DNA of 64,000 nucleotides from the NCBI RefSeq assembly GCF_024521635.1, contig NW_026250421.1:682001-746000 (forward strand), read 5' to 3'. A program made the position numbers and the translations under genes. Under the pieces are notes generated by a model. That model worked only from the letters and a program-made list of their open reading frames with translations, was not told the origin of the DNA and searched no databases. The number at the start of each line of letters is the position of its first letter. The stretch's first letter is position 1. Shown in pieces: positions 12,524-22,600 of this stretch. Source of the DNA: Tricharina praecox. Its lineage: Eukaryota.

Positions 12524-14068
12524 ATGGGTCTCCCTCCCTATATGTTTCCTCTCCAGGACGAGGCGCCATATCCCTGCCTCCTGATTTCGGGATACGGATG
12601 TCGAGTTCTCACCCATGCAGACGAGGGAAAGAGAGCCTTTATCTCCCTCTCGGACAAACTCACTGCCTGGCCGGATAGCAAGCACTTTGTCCGCGAGCAG
12701 CCACTGCCACAGCCGCGTGGCCACCAGCACTTGCTCCTTCCAACAATCGCCGACTCCGAGCCCGATGCAGATGCCGTGTCGCTCCCCGAGGACGAGCGGG
12801 AGGAGGAGCCCGAAGAGGATCCCGAGGAGGAACCGGCTTCGGAACCGGATTCGGATTCGAGTTCGAGTTTGGACACCGAACTCCTGCCGGGATTCATTTA
12901 TCTGTGGGCTGAACACGGGGAAGACGAAGAGGATGGCCCGGTGTATGAGTCCGACGGCGAAGAGTCGGGCCGTACGGCGTTTTCGACGGTCTCGAACACG
13001 ACGCTCATCAACAAATCGGACCACAAGATGGAGGCGTCGATGAAGGTTTACAACGACCAGGAGATGCCGGCGCCGCTCAAGACCCAGCCAGTCAACGGGC
13101 AGATTCAGATCACGCTCCATGACCAGCAGCGCACGGCTCTGGAACAGCTGAAACTGTTTGAACTGCAGTTGGAGAAGGAAGAGCAACACCGCGCGGCGCA
13201 GAAGACGTCTTTCTACCGTGCAAAGACGCATCACCGTTCGATCCCGGCGTCCCTCGCACCGATCCTGGTCCGCGCCGTCACAGTCGACAAGATGCCGCTC
13301 ATGTGGACCCTCGCAACTCTGGCCCCCAACATCCGCGGCGGAATCATCGACCAGATCACCTGGGTGCCCCACCGCCAGAACCGCCCTTCGATCAAGATCT
13401 TCTTCATCCAGTCGCAAGATGCGTTCCAGTACTACAAGTTCGTCACCGAGAAGGGCGGCATCCCCTGGTACGGGTTTCCCGGCGGTAGGTCCTTCGTCAG
13501 CCTCGTCCCGGCGGAAGACGGCGGCGACGCACCCATCAGCAGCGCGGTCCTCCAAGGCCTGCTCCACGAAGGCGTGCGCCGCTACTTCCGCATCCGCGGT
13601 CTCCCGTCCAACGTCGGTCTCGGCGAGCTGCGCCGCGCGATCCACCGCTACGCCGTCCTGCGCCGCGGCGTCCGCATCGTGTTCGAGTCAATCACCCGGG
13701 ACGCGAAGCACACCGAGGTCAAGATGGCGTCCATCGAGGCCGCTATGGCCGCGCGCGATGCCATCACAATCACCTGGCCCCGCTGCTACATCAACTGGAC
13801 CGACGACGAGTGCGAGCTCCCGCTGGACAAGAGACTGCTCGCCTACTGGAAGGGTATCCGCGAGCGCAACGCGGCGCTCGTTGCCGAGAAGGGCGCCGAG
13901 GCGGTCATGAAGGCGGCAAAGTGGGGCGACACGGAGCCGAGGATACAGAAACGGATTGAGAAGCCGAAGCCAAAGCCAAAGCCAAAGGTTGGGGATACGG
14001 ATCAGGAACAGGGCGAGCAGACTGATGCCCCGGTGGGAGATGAGTCCGCCCATGCCGCTTCTGCTTGA
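12524..14068 (+). CDS. Hypothetical protein with acidic N-terminus and degenerate RRM-like C-terminal region
   Basis: 514-aa ORF with strong GC3 bias. Segments IRGGIIDQI...IFF and RRYFRIRGLP...L.ELR...WTDDEC resemble fungal RRM-pair proteins (function inferred). Start codon uncertain. Confidence 0.7.
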   Translation: MGLPPYMFPLQDEAPYPCLLISGYGCRVLTHADEGKRAFISLSDKLTAWPDSKHFVREQPLPQPRGHQHLLLPTIADSEPDADAVSLPEDEREEEPEEDPEEEPASEPDSDSSSSLDTELLPGFIYLWAEHGEDEEDGPVYESDGEESGRTAFSTVSNTTLINKSDHKMEASMKVYNDQEMPAPLKTQPVNGQIQITLHDQQRTALEQLKLFELQLEKEEQHRAAQKTSFYRAKTHHRSIPASLAPILVRAVTVDKMPLMWTLATLAPNIRGGIIDQITWVPHRQNRPSIKIFFIQSQDAFQYYKFVTEKGGIPWYGFPGGRSFVSLVPAEDGGDAPISSAVLQGLLHEGVRRYFRIRGLPSNVGLGELRRAIHRYAVLRRGVRIVFESITRDAKHTEVKMASIEAAMAARDAITITWPRCYINWTDDECELPLDKRLLAYWKGIRERNAALVAEKGAEAVMKAAKWGDTEPRIQKRIEKPKPKPKPKVGDTDQEQGEQTDAPVGDESAHAASA

Positions 14069-14449
14069 TTTCTCTCTTTGGTTTTCTTTACGACGGCCTG
14101 CTGGCGATCAGTTGATGAGGGGGGTGATCGCAAGCGGGACTGCACTCGGATAAACCAAGCAACCTTTCCTCTTTGCATGTATGCCGTTCGGAGGCGCTTC
14201 TGTTCTTTGCATTTCTGTATTCTTTACGGCGGCTAGTGTTTTCCAGGCCAGGCAGCTGAAATCGTGATTTAGTGTGTGTAAATAATGCGGTCGGTCCTAT
14301 CATACGAGTATGTAGAGTAGTAAACGGTAGTGCTGCTTAAGGGAACCTCCATACATGTAGGTATATAGCTAGGGCGAAACCTATCAGATAATCAGAAGGA
14401 AGAGAGGAATGATGTGATTGATTGTTCTACGCGACCAAATCTATCGTCA

Positions 14450-15707
14450 CTACGCGGCTGCCCGCTGCTTCTCAGCCGCCTTCATGATCATCCCAAACAC
14501 CTCCAGATCTTTCATCGAATCCGCTGGTGTGGTCTTGGCTTCCTTCCCTTTGACCACCATTTCCCAGAGCTCCTTCAACTCGAGGGTATACGGGTCTTCG
14601 TACGTCCTCCTGACCGTCCTCTCTTGGAACGCACCGGGATCGCCCTCGACGGCCTCTCGCACGACCATGGTGACCGGAAGCCCCTTCACGTACGGGGTAT
14701 CGTACACCACCTTGACGGTCTTGTGCTTTCCGAAAACCTCGAGGCTCGCGTCGAAGCGCGGGACTTGGTCGATGCCGCTTTCGTAGGTCACGGCGAAGTT
14801 CGGGAACTGGAAGAGGACCGTCCAGATCGGGAGGCGAAGGGAGACGCCGAGCACGCTGGTAGGCACGCCGAGGCATTCGCGCATGAGGGAGATGTCGTGA
14901 GATCCCAAGCTGGAGGTTTTGCCGCATTTTAGATCGGAATAGCCGTTCGAAGGAGGAGGAGGAGGGGGGAAAAGAAGCATACCTGCAGAGCCATCGCCAC
15001 ATCTCAACGTTCTCCGGAGTATCCGGGACATCATTCTCAACCACCAGTGCCTGGTTTGTCCCTTTTACCGCCCACATCTTCCGATCCGCGCTGGCGGCTT
15101 CGGAGATGTCCGTGGGCTGGATCGGAAACGCCCCGGACTGTCCCACGAACACCGGATTCGGCGCGATTATATCTGCCGTCCATCAGTTCCGCGCCGTCTT
15201 TTTCGGCTCAACGAACGAACCTCTGACGCGAGCATAGAGCACCTCCCCCGCGCCGCCAACCTCCCTGATGGTGTCCTGAAACACCGCCGCGTACCTGCGC
15301 ATGTATCCCACCATCACCTTTTTCCCGCCACTCTCGCGCTGCGCAGTCTCTATCAACTCTACGTCCTTCCGACACAGGGCGAGCGGCTTCTCGACGAACA
15401 CGTGTTTCTGTAACTTCAGGGCGCAGACGACGTGTTCGACGTGGTACTCATCGCTGGAGGCGACGAAGACGACATCGATATCGGCGGCCCTGCAGAGTTC
15501 GTCGTACGCGTCCGTGGTGCGGTGCAGGTGCGGCAGCCGCGCCGAGCAGTGCGCGAGTGCCGCCGCTGAAACGTCGCAGAGAATCCGCACTTCGAAGAGG
15601 TGGCTCAGATTTACCAGCGTCGCTAGGTGGATCACCTGCGTTACTTCGCCGCAGCCGATAATGCCGACGCGGACACGCTGCGGAGGGGGTGGGGCGGAGG
15701 TGGACAT
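14450..15707 (-). CDS. Gfo/Idh/MocA-family NAD(P)-dependent oxidoreductase (inositol dehydrogenase-like), 378 aa, 3 exons
   Basis: Rossmann motif VGIIGCG, HVFVEKP, VGYMRRY and LGSHD. Introns 15173-15220 and 14910-14982 give a continuous frame. Confidence 0.93.
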
Positions 15708-16374
15708 GACTGCCGGGCGGAGAGAGCGCGGGGTGACCCCGCAGAGGTACCTACTCTATCTACCTCTGTAGACCGCTCAGTGTGTGTGACGTCAATGCCT
15801 CGCTTGCGCGGAATATCCCGCGGGCGTAGCTTACTGGTAGATACCAAACTCTCCGTATGGCGTTGCGGACAATCGGGGTCTTGCGCAGGCGGACGCGGGT
15901 ACGACTCGCCATTCAGAGCCGGTCACAATACATACCGGTATCTTGTAGGTGTCTTGCAGAACCGTGAGCCAGCCAGTTACGACTCAGCGCTCGGTACTCA
16001 AGCATAGGTTATCATTCGTCAAAACTGACGCCTAGGCAGTCAACAAAATCCCAAAGCCTGTACATATTCGCAGATATTCTAGTGTAATCTTCTTCCGAAA
16101 AGAGGTATACATACACAGCTAACACCCGGTATATATATATGTGCTCGCTCAATCACCACGATCTCGATCCACCCATGATCTATCCCAGAGGTACAAGAAA
16201 TGCGGCAATGGGGCATATACAATGCATGGGCACGCGTTCGAACTGGCTCAGTACCGATGAGGGCTCTAATAAGCTCCAAAGGGCACTGTTGATCAATTGG
16301 CGTTGATAATATATGGCTTTTGGGTGCGCATATGCCTGACCGGCGTGCTCGATAGACAGTCTAGTCTGCTAGCT

Positions 16375-17871
16375 CCCTAGGGTACAAGGAATGCGGCAAG
16401 CCGCTATTAAGTAAATGCGAGCCTGCTTGTAAACCGGCTCCTGACACAAAATACGGCTCATTTGCTCTGGTAATTCAGGCTTCTGCTAGTAAATTAGCCT
16501 AAGCTGAACCAATAGGCGTTTGGCAATAATTGCGGCCATTTTACAATAGTCAAATTAGGCTCTTATACTTAATTTGGCTGTCAATACTGAATATGTCGAT
16601 TGAACAGAAGCCTGATTTGGCGTTGAGGTGTAAACTGGCGATTAGTAGTAAATGTAATGTCTCGCCACCACTCTCTTCGGGCATCCGTTGGTAAAAAGAT
16701 CCCTTACCGCTTATTAGGCTTCCGGCTTGAGTGATGAATAGGCTTCGATTTATACATGGAGAATATTCTCCTTATTCGGCCGACCCACCATGCGTACCCC
16801 CCGACATTCCCCCGCCATGCCCACCAATGTTGATGCCCGCAGCCTACTACTAACCACATTCGCTTCCTCCCGCCGACAGCTCTTCCATCACTTCCTCATC
16901 TAGCCAACAGCTCTTCCAAGTTCCCTTCCTCCTCTCGCCAACAACTCCTCCTCTCCCCCTTCACTTCCTCCTCGCGCTGACACCTCTTCCATCACTGCTT
17001 CCTTTCGCTGACGGCTCCTCCATCACTACGTCATCCTCTCACCGGCACGGTGGCACCCACAGCTCCTCCATCACTTCTTCCTCTTGCACTGCAGACAGCT
17101 CGTTTCTAGCAGACAGCTCCACCTCCTCCCGCCCACAGTTCCTCCTCCTGCCGCAACCTCTCTCGCTCCTCCTCTTGTCAACAGCTCCTCCTCTCCCGAA
17201 AATCTCCTCCGTCACTTCTTCCTCACGCTTCTCCTCTTGCTAACAACTTCTCTTCTTGCCGACAGCCCCGCCTCTCGCCGAGCCCTCCTCCTCTGTCACT
17301 CCACCACACAGTATTTCCCTTCACCGTCGTTCGCCCTCGTCTCTGGTCTTCCTACAGCAGGTACGTATTGCGCTCCTAGACCTAGCTCGCTACGGATACC
17401 CACTGTCCCGGTACTAACAGAATGTCTATTCAGCACGCCGGTCATGTTGAATCTGTGCTAAGGTACCCGGGTGAAGGCCGGAGAGTCAGGGAGAGGCGGG
17501 GAGGGGAGGATATATATGGGGTGAGCAGCGGTATCTATCATACATAGAACCACAGCAGTTTCAAGCAGCAGTTCGCGCTCATGTAATTGTTGAGGTCAGC
17601 AATATAAGCTCCTAAAAGCCATATTATCAACCATGCCCTTTTATAGCCGTATCAGTGACAATGCCTTTTGGAGCCCTTTTATGAAGAGCCCTTTTAGACT
17701 ATAGAGCCCTTTTAGACTATAGAGCCCTTTTAGACTATAGAGCCCTTTAATAGCCGGAATAGAGCCCTTTTAGGAGTCCTATTAGAGCCATTTGACTGTC
17801 GTCTTCCCAGACCGTATTAACTCGTGCCCATTTAGTTAATACGGCAGTGCCGCATTCCTTGTACCCTAGGG
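16375..17871. mobile_element. Non-autonomous DNA transposon (TIR element) with subterminal repeats
   Basis: Perfect 24-bp inverted repeats CCCTAGGGTACAAGGAATGCGGCA (16375-16398 and 17848-17871), extending imperfectly to ~45 bp. 18-bp subterminal tandem near the right end. No transposase ORF. Confidence 0.75.
17685..17775. repeat. Subterminal tandem repeat, 18-bp unit AGAGCCCTTTTAGACTAT x3 plus partial copies
   Basis: Units at 17685, 17703 and 17721, with partials at 17739 and 17761. Confidence 0.9.
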
Positions 17872-17980
17872 TAGTATATATCCGCGGTGACGGTGGTGTG
17901 GTATCCGCGACGAGCCAGGCCTGATAATACTGTAGGACGGCATAGGAGTACAAGGCGTACCGGCTGCAGCAAGACCAGCC

Positions 17981-19650
17981 TGCGACAGTGACTACTGGTT
18001 CGGCGTGCGAGTGACTTCGACCCCGTCTCCGATGATTGACATCACATTTGCTCGCTCGTTCCATCTGATGAGCACGTTTTGGTGGGGTCTAGCAGTATGG
18101 CGGTATGGCGGCACTTCCACCCCGTCTTCGACAACTAGCGTCACGTTTGCTCGCTCATTGCATCTGATGAGCAAGTTTTGGTGGGGTCTAGCCGTCTGGC
18201 GGCGGCGAAAACCAGCTTGGAATCTGGCGGCTCCTAAATCACCTACAAAATCCCCCCTTCTGCTCCTCCTTATCTCCTTCTCTTTACGACCATCACAGCT
18301 TCCATTCTTCGTCGACCATTCACCTTCTTTCCTTCATTCGCCTTCCTTCCTTCCTCCCTCCTTTTCTTCATCGACCATTTGCCTTCCTTCCTTCCACCTG
18401 ATCTCGAGATCAAACCTCAAGGTACGTCGTTCTCTCCCCCACCCCCCCCTCTTTTCACTTCCAGGATAACCTTACAGAGCCATTCTGCTCAGCCGTAGCA
18501 GCAAGGAACTGAGGGATCCGTGCAACCGGTCTACAAAGTAGCCGGTTGCAGGCACAATAGACGGATCCAACCCTCGAGGCTGAGCAGAAAAGGTTCAAGG
18601 ACGGGGTTTTCTCTTCTGCTGCCGGCAAAATTCATTCCCCCTTCCTCCGGGAGTCCAAGTCGGGTGAGAGCCGACTTGCTCGCTGGGGGATGGCCTCTCC
18701 GAAACCGGGTGACGGACGGTTTCGTATTGACGAGGAAGAAAAAAAACAAAGAGAGTATAACTTGGTTTCCTACCCTCCCAAGTCATACGCGTATAAACTT
18801 GGTCTATTATCCCCCCAGGTTATACGCGGAGGTTTTCTTCCTTTCAGAGCAAAGGTCTTTCCTCCGGCCATGCATGAGTGAGATGCATGTGCCATTGGCC
18901 AAATGTTGTTGCTCTGTCCGCTGTGCGGAGAGAATGACATTGGCTTTCTAATCGACTACTATGTACATTCTACACTCTCGATCCACGGCTGCTTCCCGTG
19001 TCCATGGTTCATAGTCGTCAGCCACGCACGGCGGCGGCTATGAAGTATCGTGGCCCCTAAATACTCCATGCTCCATCAAAAACCTCTCTTGAAATAATGG
19101 CCCCCACTGCGGAAAGCGGTCGGAGTGGAAACGAATTATTGCGATACCAGTACTCAGTTCGATCGTGTCCGAGTGCTTTCCATGATCCGGACCAACTAGA
19201 CCTGCTCGCGATAGAGATCTACAATCTTATCAGAAACTTAGAAGAGTATAGAGTAGAGTAGGTGATTACATATGGCAGGGGCTATCAGACATCGAAGGAC
19301 GGCGGAGGACACCGAGCACACGGCATGTTGTTCACTCGCCCAGCGCAGACAGCATTGTTGTTCTGGCGGAGCTTGTCCGTCGCGGGGGCTCTCACGACTT
19401 GATAGGCGTCGAATTCATGAATCCAGCACGGAAAAAACCCCGCGTGGTCTAGTGGTGTAGCTGGCCCATGCAGTCGGCGAGGGGAGTTGAGGAAAGGCAC
19501 CCAGTTCAACCCCGGATGAAAGCCTCAGCTCTTGGGGTTTTCAAGCCACCCACCGGGGTGGTGATGGTTTTTGTTTTTGTGTTTGTTTTTGGCGTGACGG
19601 TGGAGCACTCGACATCACTCGATTGAAGGTATCACGTGACCCGCCTCTCG
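17981..19650 (+). mobile_element. ~1.67-kb non-coding dispersed repeat, copy A (probable solo LTR or LTR-like element)
   Basis: Colinear along its whole length with the reverse complement of 30894-32581. Begins TGCGACAG. Flanked by the 5-bp direct repeat CAGCC (17976-17980, 19651-19655). Internal 99-bp tandem. Non-triplet indels between copies indicate it is non-coding. Confidence 0.75.
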
Positions 19651-22600
19651 CAGCCGGCTACGAAGGCGAGAATCCGTATGATGAACTTCATCATTGACGG
19701 AAGGGACCAAATAAACATTGCAACATGTACTCTACACCGAGGAAAAAAGACCGATTTACAGGCAGAAGCCTGAACTACCAGTGCAACTGAGCCGCACTTC
19801 GTGCTAGCCAGTTGACATGCAAGCGGCGGGAGTGGGCGTCTTCGCTGCGATTCTACTCTTACCGCGGTTACTAACCACCCCTTCGTCGCACAGAGCGCCC
19901 ATTTTGGCATACGCTTGCTCAAGGAATACAGTCGTTTGTGGCGGCTGTCGCGTCTAGTTACTATAGTACGCATCCGTTTCCCGAGCGGCGTGCGGGAAAC
20001 GGAACGCACGAAAGTATCATATAGATTGGTCTATGGCGCCCGGGAACTCTGGTTCGGAAGTACCTGCTGAACGGCGAAAACTGCTTGATGCCTTCGTTAA
20101 CAAATGGGTAACGGCTTGACTATTTACATACTCATACCGTCAACCGACGGGTCTCGCGTCGATATGTGCTCGCAAAGCCACGTCCTGGTTTCGTCTAACA
20201 ATCGCCATCGTTTGGGTCTCGTTGTGGTTGGTACCGTAGCATGATCCTGGCAGTCTTCAGGCGCATCGCTATTCAAAATCCACTCACTGTTTTGTGGCGG
20301 TGGAATTTGGAAATGGGCCAGCGAAATAACTGCCAGTCTGCTAGTCTGCGACATGGAGTAACTCCATACCTGGTACCGTATGTAGAGAGGCAAGCGGTAA
20401 ACCGCCGAACGCCACGAAACTCGTCCACGGAATCGCAGTGCAGCGCCACTGGAGTATGTATACCGTAGTTAGTAGGGAGGGCGCAGCACGTAGGGCATGT
20501 AGCACTTAGGTAAGTAGCTATACGGTAGACCAAGGTCCTAATTAGGACTTTATCAGGTAGTTCGCATTCCCGAACGGGGACTTTCGGGGCTGTGGTTATG
20601 AAGTCGCCTCTCAAGACTCACGATTCTACCTACTACAGCCAGGCTGACGAGCTGAAGCCTCAAGGCGCCGGCGGCTCGCCGCACAGCGATAGGTACATAA
20701 TCAAGAGGTAGTCCCGACTCCCGACTGCCTACCAGCACGAGAGCGCTATACCGAATATCCTGCACCCCGCGTTGGCTCTACGCAGTGGTATATCTACCTA
20801 GCTGTTAGGTACATAACAAAAAGGATCCGGTCATTGCCAGAGCGTTGGCTCTCCTCTGCGCCGCAGCGCACCGGCAGACGCGGCTTTCACCCAGCACTGG
20901 CGCGAGAGCGGAGGGCCGAGAGCGGAGTGCGGAGATCTGCAGTGCACCGGCGACTGCGCTGCGGTGCGGTCACCAGTGGGGCCGAATGAAGCACAGCCGA
21001 GTCGGAAGAGAAAAAACGAATGGCGTCGGTCGAGTGAGAAGTGAGAACGAGCGATGGCAAATTAATATATGTAGGAGTGCGCGTACCCGCGCCGCCCTCA
21101 CAAAGGCACAAAGAGCGGCGGCGGAAGAAGGACTCCACGACTCCACGTCCCCGCGCGCTCGATCGCAAGGCCGCAAGGCCGAAACGGACTCTATGCACTC
21201 TAGTCTAGTCTACTACCGTTAGTAAATAGAGAAGGCAAGCGATGACGCTGAGCCTGCGCTCGGATGTTTTCGATGTTCAACTAGTTTCCAAAGTATCGAC
21301 ATTTTAGTCTGGTGGCTGGCATGCACTGGACTGGACCCTGTGCAAGTGTGCAAGTGTGCAGTTGTGCATCGTTGGTTTCATGATCCCCTCTCTTCAGCGC
21401 AGTCCACTGAGCGCAGTCCCGTCCAGTCCCATCCAGTCCAGCCGCACGTGGAGCAGCAGCAGCAGTATCGGGTCGTCTGCCATCACCATGAGAGGACTCA
21501 TGAAGGAGAGATGGAGGATCTGATAAGACAGGAGGAGAGAGGCTACATAGGTAGCCGGATCGGTGGATCCGACTGGTGGTGTCAGCCGGCCTAGCCGGAT
21601 CGAGAGACACCGAACGTTGTAGGCAGCGGAGGAGATCCATATGAGATGGCTCTTCGAAGTTGAATACAACCTCAACTTCTCCTTCATCCTTCATTTTCGC
21701 CGTCTTCCTTCCAAGATCACGTCACGTCGGTTCCCCATTTACATACCTAGGCTCTTTCCTTTTCGTTACGCCCGCTCCGAAGCGATCGCCCCAGTGTTTG
21801 TTTTTTCTTCATCTTTTCTTTGCTTTTTCTCCCGATATTCTTGGGCTGGGCTGGGGCTGGTACTCGGTACTCTACCCGGTACCGACAACGGTTTTCGTTT
21901 CGTTTCGTTTCGTTTTTCTCTCGCACTACCGGCCCGAGGGGGAGGGGGCGGGGGAACCGTGGATCAGCGAAACGAAACGAAACAACTTCGGCACCCCCAC
22001 TCTCGCCGAGATCAAAAACAAAACATAACATAACGCTTCGACGATCCTCAAAGACACGCGCATATTTCCCATTGGATGCCGCCGTTACCGCTCACGAACG
22101 AACGACGAACCGTTGACAGTTGTATGCACTCGGATGCATAGGAAAAAGGAACGAAGAAACTATGATGCGATTCCGTTACATGCTGATCGGTCGCAGGACA
22201 GGACAGGAGGAACTATCGACGTCGCCATCGTCACCATCGACGGCGACGCTGATTTGGTGTTGTTTTTATTCCTGTTGACTCGCCGATCGCTCGGCGCGCG
22301 GCGAGAGTGGGCTCACTGCTCAGAGCCCACTGGCGTTGGGACGATGGCCGGCGGCGGCGAGAGTGGGCTCACTGCTCACTGGCCCTTTAAACGATGGCCG
22401 ACAGACAACGTGCGATTACGATGACGTACGGCAACTACTAACGATGTATGTACCTATAATAGTAGGTCACGCTTCCCTCTCTTTTCCGCTCTGCGGCGCG
22501 CATCTCGCCCCAACTAACGACTCACGCAGAGTCAGTACTTGAGTAGTTTGTACTCTACTCTGCTCTAGTCTCATGCCCGTATCCGCGTGAACAAGTTGCG

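Noticed and set aside
10918..13645. Long antisense ORFs (10918-11754, 11939-13645; likewise 27729-28643 and 28346-29335)
   Set aside because: Shadow frames opposite GC3-rich genuine genes, with no recognisable motifs.
18065..18215. CTGATGAG...GCGAAA hammerhead-ribozyme-like core
   Set aside because: Stems I-III cannot be formed, and the CTGATGA core is not conserved in copy B (CGGATGCG, CGAATGAG).
17981..19650. Telomerase RNA, U3 snoRNA or HDV/twister ribozyme identity for the structured element
   Set aside because: No TAACCCTAA template, no convincing U3 boxes, and the required pseudoknot pairings were not found by eye. An Rfam scan is still advisable.
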